IMG/VR virus record: IMGVR_UViG_3300038679_000051
Span: 64,001 to 128,000 of that record
Length of the DNA: 64,000 nt
Direction: 5' to 3' (one strand)
From: a virus
Lineage: Duplodnaviria > Caudoviricetes
In this document: positions 30,171-39,773 of the stretch, piece after piece
How positions within the stretch are numbered: the stretch's first letter is position 1
How the letters are laid out: every line of letters starts with the position of its first letter
Translations under genes and position numbers: made by a program
The notes under the pieces: generated by a model
Databases searched by the model: none
What the model saw: only the letters and a program-made list of their open reading frames with translations
Told to the model about the DNA's origin: nothing

Positions 30171-30830
30171 CTATGCCAGAATGCAGATCTTGGTCTTGAA
30201 TTTCCTATCAACATATTTAAGTGCATCACCATTTTGTCTTACCGCTGCCATGCATATTTCTGGCGTCTGTTCTTTGACATATTCAAGTGCTGCACCATTT
30301 TGTCGTACTGCGGCCATGCATATTTCTGGCGTCTGTTTTTTGACAAACCGAAGTGCATCACCATCTTGTTGTACTGCTGCCAGGCATATTTCTGGCGTCT
30401 GTTTTTTGACATATACAAGTACCCAACCCCATTGTTGTACTACTGCCATACATATTTCTGGCGTCTGTTCCTTGACATATTTAAGTGCATCATTATCTTG
30501 TTGTACTGCTGCCATGCATATTTCTGGTGTTTGTTCCTTGACGTGTTCAAGTGCTGCACCATTTTGTCGTACTGCCGCCATGCATATTTCTGGTGTCTGT
30601 TCCTTGACATATACAAGTACATGACCCCATTGTTGTACTGCTGCCAGGCATATGGCTGGAAATTGATTGTCTAAATGTTTAAGCACATCACTTAAAACCC
30701 GAATCTCATCATCCAATAATTTCTTAACGATCGTTTCGTCCTTCATCTGTTTATAATTGCCATCAAACTTTCTCACTGCTTCAATCACATCATTCAATTG
30801 TTCCTTACTTGCGTTCGTCATCCAGTGCAT
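30171..30830 (-). CDS. DUF4116-like repeat protein with MHW leader
   Basis: MHWMTNASKEQLNDVI; about 6 repeats. Confidence 0.75.
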   Translation of the reverse strand: MHWMTNASKEQLNDVIEAVRKFDGNYKQMKDETIVKKLLDDEIRVLSDVLKHLDNQFPAICLAAVQQWGHVLVYVKEQTPEICMAAVRQNGAALEHVKEQTPEICMAAVQQDNDALKYVKEQTPEICMAVVQQWGWVLVYVKKQTPEICLAAVQQDGDALRFVKKQTPEICMAAVRQNGAALEYVKEQTPEICMAAVRQNGDALKYVDRKFKTKICILA

Positions 30831-30869
30831 GTTTATCTCCTATTGGACCAATTTGTCTCTTTTGTTATT

Positions 30870-32567
30870 TCATTCCCTCAATTTCCTGACGTTGGTCGTC
30901 TCTACTTCCTCATCGTCTGAGGCTGGTGTGGCGTTTTCCTTGGCCCAATTTGCCATTGTCTCCAATTGCTTGGCGCGTGATTTGGCCAATGGTGTGAAGC
31001 TGTCCATTTCTGCCAAGATGTGTTCCTTGGTCAATTGGCGATCACCGCCCATGTGATAAGCATGAAACAATCCACCGATGACGGCTTGTTCGATTTCTGC
31101 GCCACTGTAATCCCTAGATTGTTTGACCAATTCATCAACGCCGACCTTCTTTGGATCGCGACCGTGTTTGCGGATTTGGATTTCAAAAATGTCCTTACGT
31201 TCCCTCTCAGACGGCAGACCGACGAAGAAGATTTCGTCGAAGCGACCTTTTCTGAGCAATTCATCTGGCAACAAATCAATTCTGTTCACTGTGGCCATGA
31301 TGAAGGCTTGTGATTTCTTTTCCTGCATCCACGTAATGAAGGTGCCGAACACCCGTTTGCCGGTGCCGCCGTCAGTCTCACCGCTACCGCCCATTCCGGC
31401 GAATGCCTTGTCCAATTCATCGATCCAGACGATGCAGCGACCGACGGCATCGATCGTGTTGATGGCCGTCCGCACGTTTGCTTCCGATTGACCGACCAAC
31501 GACCCAAATACTTTGCCGACGTCAAATCGAATGAGTGGGACGCCGATTAGGTTTGATGCTGCTTTGGCGGCGAGGCTTTTACCACACCCTGGCAGGCCCA
31601 CCAGCATGACGCCCTTCGGCGACGGCAGACCATACTGTTTCGCCTCTTTGGTGAAGCATGGTTGGACGCGATTTTTGAGCCATCGTTTCAAGCGGTTCAA
31701 ACCACCCACGTCTTCAGGTTTCTCAACCGCCTCGAAGATTTCCAAGATGCCGCTCTTTTTGACCGCCAATGATTTTTCTTTCATGACAATTCGACTGATC
31801 GGTAGATCAAGATTCAATTTCTTTTTGTCGATTGCTGCCTTTGCGATTGCGTTTTCCGCTTCACCAATCGTCAGCCCCATAGCTGATTGGATGATCATGT
31901 CTTTTTCTTCTTCCTCGATCTTACCGAAAACGTTCTTATTCTCAGACATCAGATTATCCAAGACTAACAGGATGTCTTTCTCTGATGGCAAATCGAATTC
32001 CAGGAGAACCAGATCACGTTCCAAATCTTGTGGGATTGATTTGACCGGGCTGAGACAAATCAGCATCTTCTGTTGCGATTTGAATTCCCGACAGATGTCC
32101 CTGATCATGCGTCTGACTTTTGGCATTTCAAAGAAGGGATGTATGTCCCGGAAGACATATACGACGCCATCGCTTTCAGTATCGTCGAGCGCTTTTTGGA
32201 GGGCACCCACTGGATCATCCAATTCCTTGTCCTTCTCTTCTTCTTTCCATTGGCCTTTGACGTAAACCTCTTTGAGCCAACCTTCAGAGTGTGACCAGAA
32301 GGTGACTTTGCGATTCAATTCTTTGGCAGCATCCAACAACATCAATTCGGCACGACCCTCTTCGGCCGTCTGCAGATAAATTGCTGGATATCCGGCACGC
32401 ATGTAATTTGCCAAATTCAGTTTGCTCATTTTCGCACCCCTTTCCCTCTCTTTTTTATCACCACATCGGAAATCGACAAGATCTTGATCTTCAATTTGTT
32501 TAAAACCTTGCGACAGGCTAGACATGGTTCCAGCGGCAATATGCGTCCGGCACTGCTGATGCGGCAA
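30870..32567 (-). CDS. Ycf46-like AAA+ ATPase (probable start MSKLNL near 32429)
   Basis: Walker A GLPGCGKS, Walker B WIDE, LLRKGRFDEIFFV; N-terminal YMRAGYPAIY. Confidence 0.85.
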   Translation of the reverse strand: MPHQQCRTHIAAGTMSSLSQGFKQIEDQDLVDFRCGDKKERERGAKMSKLNLANYMRAGYPAIYLQTAEEGRAELMLLDAAKELNRKVTFWSHSEGWLKEVYVKGQWKEEEKDKELDDPVGALQKALDDTESDGVVYVFRDIHPFFEMPKVRRMIRDICREFKSQQKMLICLSPVKSIPQDLERDLVLLEFDLPSEKDILLVLDNLMSENKNVFGKIEEEEKDMIIQSAMGLTIGEAENAIAKAAIDKKKLNLDLPISRIVMKEKSLAVKKSGILEIFEAVEKPEDVGGLNRLKRWLKNRVQPCFTKEAKQYGLPSPKGVMLVGLPGCGKSLAAKAASNLIGVPLIRFDVGKVFGSLVGQSEANVRTAINTIDAVGRCIVWIDELDKAFAGMGGSGETDGGTGKRVFGTFITWMQEKKSQAFIMATVNRIDLLPDELLRKGRFDEIFFVGLPSERERKDIFEIQIRKHGRDPKKVGVDELVKQSRDYSGAEIEQAVIGGLFHAYHMGGDRQLTKEHILAEMDSFTPLAKSRAKQLETMANWAKENATPASDDEEVETTNVRKLRE

Positions 32568-32764
32568 ATGACGACGCTTTTCACTCGTTGATCTTTAATG
32601 GCATCCAATTCAGCATGCACGCCACCACCCTTCTTGCTGAATCTCGGACGATTGAATTTACAATTGACGATGCGTCCTTCGGCATCGAGACCTAAAGCCG
32701 CAACGCGGTGTTTACATATTGATTTTGATGCTTTAGAGATGAGACGATCATAAATGTTCTGCAA
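32426..32764 (-). CDS. Zn-dependent cytidine/dCMP deaminase-like protein
   Basis: HAE and PCxxC motifs (VHAELDAI...EPCLAC). Confidence 0.75.
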   Translation of the reverse strand: MQNIYDRLISKASKSICKHRVAALGLDAEGRIVNCKFNRPRFSKKGGGVHAELDAIKDQRVKSVVICRISSAGRILPLEPCLACRKVLNKLKIKILSISDVVIKKRGKGVRK

Positions 32765-32766
32765 AA

Positions 32767-33399
32767 TTACCGTACCAATTCACCAGCACGTTTTAGTGCT
32801 TTTTGCTTGCTTTTTTTGTATTTCTCGATGTTCCGTAATCCTTCACCTATTTTTTCGTACATAGGTCCTACTTTCGATAAATAAGATTCACAGAGGATTC
32901 TGCGGAGATCGTCCGGCGTATGCCATGCAATTCCTCTACTAGTTGATTTATCAAACACCATCTTAACCCATCCTTTACGTGGCACTTGGTGCGGAAGCTC
33001 GGAACGATAGAATGATTTGCTTTTTGTAATCCATACATCTACTCCTATCTTCTTCAGCCGCTGTCCGTAATAATACCATTCATTAATGTGTGTCCGCCGC
33101 CGCACATGACTATGTTTGCAAAACGAAGACAATATATCATCAACCAGATTTATAAATGTTTCAGGATCATTCCCATCAGAGGCCAGATAATTGACGAATT
33201 TGATCCTCTCCTTAATGTCTGGAATAACCTTAGAGAGTTTTTTAAGAACATACACATCATAAATCTTATGTATGTTTATTTCTGGCCGGTCCTCCTCGCA
33301 CATACGAAGAAATTCCTTCCGTGTATGTGTTTTTGCTAAGCACTCTACTACTCTTCGATCTGCTTGTGTAGGATCACACATGAATTGTCGAAAACTCAT
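32767..33399 (-). CDS. hypothetical protein
   Basis: Co-oriented 210-aa ORF. Confidence 0.5.
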   Translation of the reverse strand: MSFRQFMCDPTQADRRVVECLAKTHTRKEFLRMCEEDRPEINIHKIYDVYVLKKLSKVIPDIKERIKFVNYLASDGNDPETFINLVDDILSSFCKHSHVRRRTHINEWYYYGQRLKKIGVDVWITKSKSFYRSELPHQVPRKGWVKMVFDKSTSRGIAWHTPDDLRRILCESYLSKVGPMYEKIGEGLRNIEKYKKSKQKALKRAGELVR

Positions 33400-33413
33400 T
33401 TCGTCCCTCCCTT

Positions 33414-33647
33414 TTATAAGTGTTCCTCAAGCCATTTTCGTTCTGCGTCCAATGCTTCCCATCTAGTCTCAAACGGTCCGAGCATGACGTTTGGTCTGAT
33501 TGGCGACATGTCGGCTACCCATTTGCCGTCGTCGTCTGGTTCGACGTGACTGACGCGTTTGGTGGTTGCCTTGCCTTCAGTCATCAGACCGCGCAGATCA
33601 TCGTTGTAGACGAATTTAATCGTGCCGTCAGGCATCACGTTGATCAT
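33414..33647 (-). CDS. small protein typical of AAA/DUF2997/DUF1257 neighbourhoods
   Basis: IKFVYNDDL...RVSHVEP...WVADMSP...LGPF...ALDAE. Confidence 0.55.
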   Translation of the reverse strand: MINVMPDGTIKFVYNDDLRGLMTEGKATTKRVSHVEPDDDGKWVADMSPIRPNVMLGPFETRWEALDAERKWLEEHL

Positions 33648-33659
33648 GTTCCGGTCCTT

Positions 33660-34010
33660 TCATCTTTTCATCAATTTGCCGCATTTGAAGTCGTTAACCA
33701 ATTTCTGCAGACCGAGGTTATTATTATATTCAAAGATTTCACCATTGACCGACGTTGCTTCAATCTGATTGGAGTAGGGATGAACCGGTACTCGTGGTCC
33801 GTTTTTCTCCCCCAACATGATGAAATCATCACCATCCCAATAGTCTTGATCACAAACCACCTCAGTTGGTACGCCTAGTGCTTCGATCTTCGCTGCGATT
33901 CGTTCAGCTTTCATGTTTGACCCCCATGATTGAAGTTCTATTCTTCCTCTTAAACAGACGTAGGGTGGGTCTTTATCTCTTTGGTTCTTTATTCTCCTGC
34001 AAAACCACAC
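33660..34010 (-). CDS. hypothetical protein
   Basis: Co-oriented ORF; probable start at internal MKAERI. Confidence 0.4.
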   Translation of the reverse strand: MWFCRRIKNQRDKDPPYVCLRGRIELQSWGSNMKAERIAAKIEALGVPTEVVCDQDYWDGDDFIMLGEKNGPRVPVHPYSNQIEATSVNGEIFEYNNNLGLQKLVNDFKCGKLMKR

Positions 34011-34236
34011 CGTGTCGGATCACTTTAACAATATCATGATCACATGGCAAACTGGCCAAATGTTCCTGTCCATTGTCTGCACGGGAAGTACGTCGATTAG
34101 TGCCTTTTAAAACAATCCAATGTGGGTATGGAGTTTCAGCCTTTTTACAATATATGAAAGTCACTCCGTGAATGGATATCAATTCATCTCCCGGAAGACA
34201 TTTTGTTAAATCAATCTCTTCCATTACGTTGTTCAC
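33973..34236 (-). CDS. hypothetical protein
   Basis: ATGA coupling. Confidence 0.4.
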   Translation of the reverse strand: MNNVMEEIDLTKCLPGDELISIHGVTFIYCKKAETPYPHWIVLKGTNRRTSRADNGQEHLASLPCDHDIVKVIRHGVVLQENKEPKR

Positions 34237-34448
34237 GTTCCGGTCCCTTGTCCCTGTTTGAGTCCTTGTCCCTCGGACATGTAATATTCGCTGGTCTTTT
34301 TCGTCGACGTGACCTTACCAAGTGCCTTTTCGATGTCTGCCGTCAATTTTGAACATTTGCTGCCCTTCATTCCTTGTACTTTGATCATGCTTTCACCCGA
34401 TGGTGAAATTTCAATGATTATCTGGTGCATGTCATTCCCCTTTCTCAT
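34233..34448 (-). CDS. DUF2997-like protein
   Basis: IIIEISPSGES.IKVQGMKGSKCSKLTADIEKALG...KKTSEYY. Confidence 0.7.
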   Translation of the reverse strand: MRKGNDMHQIIIEISPSGESMIKVQGMKGSKCSKLTADIEKALGKVTSTKKTSEYYMSEGQGLKQGQGTGT

Positions 34449-34534
34449 TCCACAAAGTTTATGTCGGCGTCTTGCATGCCGTTCGTTGCATCAAGTAACG
34501 GTTGCATCAAGTAACGCCTTCTGATGTGCTGCCG

Positions 34535-34927
34535 CTACGCTCGTCGACCGCCTGTTGTTTTCAGGACATCAACGTCGATCACGTCCACTTTTAAATCTTC
34601 CACATTGGTCTTGACTTCGGAAACGACGCCGCCGCTTACGATGATTGCTACATGTTTGGTGGCGTTTTGGTTCCGAACAACGCTGGCGTTTTGCTCTCTC
34701 TTTTCGTACATTGCTTTTTCAAAAGCAGCCATTGCTTCGACCGGCGTCTTACCAAAACCGGCAACGCCGTCTTGGATGTTGTTGCCCCACAGGACACAGT
34801 ACTGATCACCGTCGAGGAATGGTTTAAGGCCAAGCACGACGGCCCATTGCCGTCGTCTATCTGCACCGTCCATTTCCACGGAGAGCAATTCTGATGCGCG
34901 TCCTTCTAAAAATTGTGGTAAATTCAT
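34535..34927 (-). CDS. hypothetical protein
   Basis: DGDQYCVLWGNNIQDGVAGFGKTPVEAM motif. Confidence 0.5.
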   Translation of the reverse strand: MNLPQFLEGRASELLSVEMDGADRRRQWAVVLGLKPFLDGDQYCVLWGNNIQDGVAGFGKTPVEAMAAFEKAMYEKREQNASVVRNQNATKHVAIIVSGGVVSEVKTNVEDLKVDVIDVDVLKTTGGRRA

Positions 34928-34956
34928 CTCTTTCTCCTTTCAAATGTTTGTCACCA

Positions 34957-35598
34957 TTAAACGATTATCGTTACGTCGTTTCTTGCCTTGTACAGGTAAT
35001 CCTTAACTTCCTTGTCGGCACCAACATAAAGTGATCCGACCAATTCGGCGACCTTATCGTCGTTGATTTTTTGCGCCTTTACTAGTGAAATGAAATCAGA
35101 CACATCTTGGTGTTTCCTTGCTTTTGATCGATTGGGACTGATAAATGCCGCATATTTCATAACCACTGCCATTTCTGGTGTAGGTATGTTTATTTTTATG
35201 TTTCCTATTTTTCCAGTTTGAGAATTGTTGAGCGTTGATTTATAAAAACCAATCGGCTTGAGTATGTCGATCACTACGTGTTCGCCGTCAAAAATTCTCA
35301 CGGCATCCGATTCATCAACCGGTTTAAGATTTGGCCACTTGTTCATTATCGCCTTAACGGCCAATTTATGATCATCGACCACTACGTCGACGTCCTCCGT
35401 AGCTCTCGGCTGATTGGTATGTTGGGACAACGCCTGTGCGCCGACGAGAACGCATTCAATTCCTGCATCATTCAACGTTTTCATTACGTCAGTGATCAGA
35501 TAGAACTTCCGATTAAGCCCTTCGAGTTGAAGTTGTGAAAGCATCTGGGAACGTTGCACACTCCCAAACGTTTCACCAAACGCTTCACTAAGTTTCAT
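34957..35598 (-). CDS. nucleotidyltransferase-fold protein
   Basis: LVGAQAL...PRATEDVDVVV (G..A...R.T.DxD) and ..K..QD. Confidence 0.7.
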   Translation of the reverse strand: MKLSEAFGETFGSVQRSQMLSQLQLEGLNRKFYLITDVMKTLNDAGIECVLVGAQALSQHTNQPRATEDVDVVVDDHKLAVKAIMNKWPNLKPVDESDAVRIFDGEHVVIDILKPIGFYKSTLNNSQTGKIGNIKINIPTPEMAVVMKYAAFISPNRSKARKHQDVSDFISLVKAQKINDDKVAELVGSLYVGADKEVKDYLYKARNDVTIIV

Positions 35599-35609
35599 CG
35601 CTTACTCCT

Positions 35610-36008
35610 TCACTTGCTCAGGGCTAATTGGACCGTGCCGTCTTGTTTGATCTTTTTCTGAACGATATAACCCATGCTGCGGGCCTTCTTAGTGGCCACT
35701 TCCACGCCGTATGCCTGTTTCATTTTGTCAAGTTCTTTCGAATTGCCCCAATTGCCGTTAAAGTTGTCAAATTTCAGCGTCCCATCGTTCAACAATGCGA
35801 CTGGGTATCTCCATCCTGGCAGATTGAATGAGAATTCACATTCAACGCTGCCGCTGTACATCGTGACTTTGTGCTTGCCGGTCTTGAATTGGCAACCAAG
35901 TTGCTTGCACGCCATCATCAATGCTGTCTTGTCCTTAATTTCCGTTTGTACCGTCGTTACGTGGCTCATTCGTCTTTCTCCTTTTGAATGGTTTGGAATT
36001 GTCTCCAT
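35610..36008 (-). CDS. DUF1257 (Ycf35)-like protein (probable start MSH near 35969)
   Basis: MSHVTTVQTEIKDKTAL..AC..LG...FDNFNGNWG...LKQAY-like pattern. Confidence 0.7.
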   Translation of the reverse strand: METIPNHSKGERRMSHVTTVQTEIKDKTALMMACKQLGCQFKTGKHKVTMYSGSVECEFSFNLPGWRYPVALLNDGTLKFDNFNGNWGNSKELDKMKQAYGVEVATKKARSMGYIVQKKIKQDGTVQLALSK

Positions 36009-36328
36009 ACCGCTTTGATCTTTTCAATGCAGTCAAGGTCATGGAGATCGGTAACGAAATTCCAATTCGATTCTTTGAAATTCATAATGCTGACTTTGTT
36101 GTCGTAAATGCCCCAGATCATGCTTGGCGAAATCACATAAATATAAGTGGAATCGTCTATGTCTTCACTACATATTGGTGAATCGAATTCCATAGCAATG
36201 CATTTAAACAATTCGGTGTAAGGGCACATGTTTTCACCCATGTTTTCATCTCCTTTGTTCATCCCACCGTTCGATCGTCCTTTCACGGGCTGCGATTTCC
36301 GGATTGCCCACTGGAATTTGGTTGTCAT
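35966..36328 (-). CDS. hypothetical protein
   Basis: Co-oriented ORF; true start probably internal. Confidence 0.4.
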   Translation of the reverse strand: MTTKFQWAIRKSQPVKGRSNGGMNKGDENMGENMCPYTELFKCIAMEFDSPICSEDIDDSTYIYVISPSMIWGIYDNKVSIMNFKESNWNFVTDLHDLDCIEKIKAVWRQFQTIQKEKDE

Positions 36329-36338
36329 CCATCTCCTC

Positions 36339-37049
36339 TCACAATTGTAGCACCCTACCGCGTTTCATCGTGGCTTCTTCAGATTGGTTTAGTCCCTCAA
36401 GAAGTACCAGACTGGCACGACGAAATGCCGCCAACGTCTGTTCTTCGACATATTCAAATGCACCACCATTTTGTTGTGCTGCCGCCATACATATTTCTGG
36501 TGTTTGTTCTTCGACATATTCAAGTGCCCAACCATTTCGTTGTACCGCTGCCATACATATTTCTGGTGTCTGCTCCTTAACATACTGTAATGCCCAATTA
36601 TGTTGTTTTACTGCTGCCAGGCATATTTCTGGCGTCTGTTCCTTGACATGTTGGAGTGCCAGACCATGTTGTTGTACTGCTGCTATGCATATTTCTGGTG
36701 TCTGCTCTTCAACAAATTCAAGCGCTCGCCCATCTTGTTGCACTGCTGCCATACATAATTCTGGCGGTTTCTTAACATATTCAAGTGCCCGACCATCCTG
36801 TTGCACTGCTGCCATGCATAATTCCGGCGTCTGTTTTTTGACATATTCAAGTGCCCGACCATCCTGTTGCACTGCTGCCATGCATAATTCTGGTGTTTGT
36901 TCCTTGACATATTCAAGTGCCGAACCATTTTGTTGCACTGCTGCCAGACACAATTCTGGTGTCTGTTCCTTAACATATTCAAGTGCCCAACCATTTCGTT
37001 GTACCGCTGCCAGTTCCTTGTTTGTGGTCGTCATCTTATCTCCTCTCAC
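36339..37049 (-). CDS. DUF4116-like repeat protein lacking the leader
   Basis: About 8 repeats; flanked by direct repeats 36331-36442 and 37038-37136. Confidence 0.7.
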   Translation of the reverse strand: MRGDKMTTTNKELAAVQRNGWALEYVKEQTPELCLAAVQQNGSALEYVKEQTPELCMAAVQQDGRALEYVKKQTPELCMAAVQQDGRALEYVKKPPELCMAAVQQDGRALEFVEEQTPEICIAAVQQHGLALQHVKEQTPEICLAAVKQHNWALQYVKEQTPEICMAAVQRNGWALEYVEEQTPEICMAAAQQNGGAFEYVEEQTLAAFRRASLVLLEGLNQSEEATMKRGRVLQL

Positions 37050-37251
37050 AATTGCAGCACCCTACCGCGTTTCATCGTGGCTTCTTCAGAAATTTAAGTA
37101 CCAGACTGGCACGGCGAAATGCCGCCAACGTCTGTTTTATATAAATGATAAGACAGATTTACGTGACGTACTTAATGCATTTCTTATTCGTTCATGATGC
37201 CATCATCTTCTTATCAATTGCGTCAACCAGTTCCTTGCTTGCGGTCGTCAT
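37038..37251 (-). pseudogene. decayed DUF4116-family gene remnant
   Basis: Leader-like MTTASKELVDAIDKK broken by stops; ends in the same 3' tail and RBS as the adjacent gene. Confidence 0.55.
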
Positions 37252-37302
37252 GTTTTCACCCACACGTCAAGATAATTCTTCCATTGTCCACCCATGAAGT
37301 TT

Positions 37303-37512
37303 TCATCTCTCTTGGTTTTGGTCGATGCTTTGATCTTGCTCATCCCACCAAACATTCAAATCACGTTCAAATTCAGCGTCCTGCAGCATTTCAGACAATG
37401 ACGGCCCATCCATCACCGTCAATTCGGTCATTTCCTGTTGTTCGATTCGTGCATCGTCCATTTCACGGATTGCGATTTCCAGATTACCTATTGGAGTTTG
37501 ATCACCATCCAT
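37303..37512 (-). CDS. acidic hypothetical protein
   Basis: Co-oriented small ORF. Confidence 0.4.
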   Translation of the reverse strand: MDGDQTPIGNLEIAIREMDDARIEQQEMTELTVMDGPSLSEMLQDAEFERDLNVWWDEQDQSIDQNQER

Positions 37513-37772
37513 GTTTCACCCTCCAGTTTCATGATTTTAATCTTCGCTTCCTCTTTCGTCAAATTAATCTCATGGTCGAGCAATTCTTCGATGACTTGCT
37601 CACGCGCCTCACGTAAGGTATCGGCAGTCACCTTCATGGCCGATTGGACGCGAGAATCAAGCAGCGTAATCCAAACGTATTCTCGACCGGCCAATGACGT
37701 AGATGGTTCCACCGACAACCAAGTGGTTGGCTTAGGAAGACGTTCTTCTATCGGCCTATTGTCACCAAACAT
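37488..37772 (-). CDS. hypothetical protein
   Basis: RBS AGGAG. Confidence 0.45.
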   Translation of the reverse strand: MFGDNRPIEERLPKPTTWLSVEPSTSLAGREYVWITLLDSRVQSAMKVTADTLREAREQVIEELLDHEINLTKEEAKIKIMKLEGETWMVIKLQ

Positions 37773-37784
37773 TCATCTTCTCCT

Positions 37785-38057
37785 TTACCATCTCATTGGT
37801 TCCATTTTAACGGTGCCATTAATGTTAATGGCAATTCGTTTTGCTTCCTCTTCATCTTCACATCGCCCAACGTATGTGCCGTCCTTATCATACAGGATGG
37901 ACACAAGTGGCGCTTTAGGTTTATCTGGCACTGGCAATGGCGTCAATCCCTTAATTCTCCGTGATGCATTAGTTGAGATTATTGATTGTCGTGCTTTCAT
38001 TAAGCGTTGATATTCTTTATGTTTCTTGTTCATTTTAACCTCCATCGCAAATGTCAC
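37785..38057 (-). CDS. hypothetical protein
   Basis: Co-oriented ORF. Confidence 0.4.
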   Translation of the reverse strand: MTFAMEVKMNKKHKEYQRLMKARQSIISTNASRRIKGLTPLPVPDKPKAPLVSILYDKDGTYVGRCEDEEEAKRIAININGTVKMEPMRW

Positions 38058-38848
38058 CCCTCAACAATCTTGATCTTGAATTTTTTGTTAACATATTCAA
38101 GTGCTTCACCATCTTGCTGCACTGCTGCCGTACATATCTCTGGTGTCTGCTCCTTGACATATTCAAGTGCATGACCATTTCGTTGTACCGCTGCCATGCA
38201 CAATTCTGGCGTCTGTTCCTTGACAAATTGAAGTACCAAACCATTACCTTTTACTGCTGCCATACAGATTTCTGGTGTCTGTTCTTTGTTGTTCGCAGAA
38301 CATTTGACATGTTCAAGTGCATTGCTATTCTGCTGCACTGCTGCCATACACATTTCTGGCGTTTGTTCCTTAACATATTCAAGTGCCGAACCATGTCGTT
38401 GTACTGCTGCTATACATATTTCTGGTGTTTGTTTTTTGACATGCTGAAGTGCATGACTATTTTGTCTTACTGCTGCCATGCATATTTCTAGCGTCTGCTC
38501 TTTGTTGTTCGCAGAACATTTGACATGTTTAAGTGCACCACCATTTTGTTTTACTGCCGCCATGCAGATTTCTGGCGTCTGCTCCTTGACATATTCAAGT
38601 GCATAACCATCTTCTTGCACTGCTGCCATACATATTTCTGGAAATTGCTTGTTTAAATGTTTTAGTGCATCACCGCTTGGCAGCGATTTGGGCCCATACC
38701 CGCGTAGGGACGGAGCGCGGACGGGGCGAGTCAATAGTATCTCAATAATCACTTCATCCTTCATCTGTTTATAATTGCTATCAGTCTTTCTCACTGCTCG
38801 GATTACGTCAGCTAACTGTTCTTTGGTTACGGTCGTCATCCAGTGCAT
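38054..38848 (-). CDS. DUF4116-like repeat protein with MHW leader
   Basis: Leader plus about 7 repeats, two with a CSANNK insertion. Confidence 0.75.
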   Translation of the reverse strand: MHWMTTVTKEQLADVIRAVRKTDSNYKQMKDEVIIEILLTRPVRAPSLRGYGPKSLPSGDALKHLNKQFPEICMAAVQEDGYALEYVKEQTPEICMAAVKQNGGALKHVKCSANNKEQTLEICMAAVRQNSHALQHVKKQTPEICIAAVQRHGSALEYVKEQTPEMCMAAVQQNSNALEHVKCSANNKEQTPEICMAAVKGNGLVLQFVKEQTPELCMAAVQRNGHALEYVKEQTPEICTAAVQQDGEALEYVNKKFKIKIVEG

Positions 38849-39293
38849 TTAAATTCCTTTCTTGATTTTCTAACATGTTGATTATGTCACTATCGTTGAG
38901 GTTCTTTGCGAATTTCATAGGAGTCCAGCCTTCAATTTCGCATGTCTCATGAGGGTCTGCCCCACCCATCAGCAATTTTTCTACCAATTTTATTTGTTTA
39001 TCAACCATTCTATTATAGAAGTAGCCATCACGTATCACAAGCGTCAATGCTGGAACCATGGCCGTACTGAACGGCACTTTAAATCTAACATGGGCGAATT
39101 TTTCCGGTTTTCGAAGTTCTGATAAGAACATCGATACTTCTTCATATCCTGCCCTAATTCCATCATTACATAATTTCTTGATAATCGTTTCATCTTTATA
39201 TCTTGCCCAATTTTTATTGATCTTATGTGCAGCTTGCAATATGTCATCGATGGTTTCTTTGTCCGCCATCGTCAATAATTCGATTAGCGTCAT
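38808..39293 (-). CDS. protein with an MHW-type leader and an ankyrin-like C-terminus
   Basis: TMADKETIDDILQAAHKINKNW.RYKDETIIKKL leader; LLMGGADP...GWTPMKFA...IINML. Confidence 0.5.
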   Translation of the reverse strand: MTLIELLTMADKETIDDILQAAHKINKNWARYKDETIIKKLCNDGIRAGYEEVSMFLSELRKPEKFAHVRFKVPFSTAMVPALTLVIRDGYFYNRMVDKQIKLVEKLLMGGADPHETCEIEGWTPMKFAKNLNDSDIINMLENQERNLNALDDDRNQRTVS

Positions 39294-39314
39294 TTGCCCA
39301 CTCCTTTTTGTGAT

Positions 39315-39758
39315 TCAAATTTGACGTAACCTCTGGTTTATTCTGGCGATGAATTTCTCATCATAATTATACTTTAGACCTTCACGCATCAACACCTCGT
39401 CGCTCTTCATAGCCTTTTTAAATCCGTCATAAGGCACGTCAATCATGTCTTTGGTTCGGAGGTTGTTGACAATCAATTGCGTATATGGCCCTGCCATTCC
39501 GGTTTTCTCTAAAAAGAGATAAATGGACCAGAGGGCTGAATCCGTGTTTTTGGAAAATTCGAAAGTAATGCTGTTGCCATGTCCTCTAACTCTGATCCAA
39601 CCTTTGTTCATGACTTGTAGCAGAATCTGAACGCGGTCTTTGTCATTGTGTGGATTTAAATCCTTATCGACTAGACCGCGTTCAGATGCCCATTGAGCAT
39701 GATCATAAACCTCATGTCGTCTGTCCTTATCAGTGATCCAATAGCCCTCTTTGGTCAT
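39315..39758 (-). CDS. hypothetical protein related to 11791..12186
   Basis: GYWI...HAQWA...GWIRVR. Confidence 0.55.
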   Translation of the reverse strand: MTKEGYWITDKDRRHEVYDHAQWASERGLVDKDLNPHNDKDRVQILLQVMNKGWIRVRGHGNSITFEFSKNTDSALWSIYLFLEKTGMAGPYTQLIVNNLRTKDMIDVPYDGFKKAMKSDEVLMREGLKYNYDEKFIARINQRLRQI

Positions 39759-39773
39759 TTTCTCATCCTTCCG

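Noticed and set aside
29953-30674. Long plus-strand ORFs antisense to DUF4116 genes (also 36304..37197, 16801..17330 and others)
   Set aside because: They are shadows of the 72-nt repeats on the opposite strand and have no RBS.
37066-37090. Extra hammerhead (CTGAAGA...GAAA on the minus strand; also near 36361-36383)
   Set aside because: Stem II cannot form and no U-H site follows a closed stem III; treated as chance.
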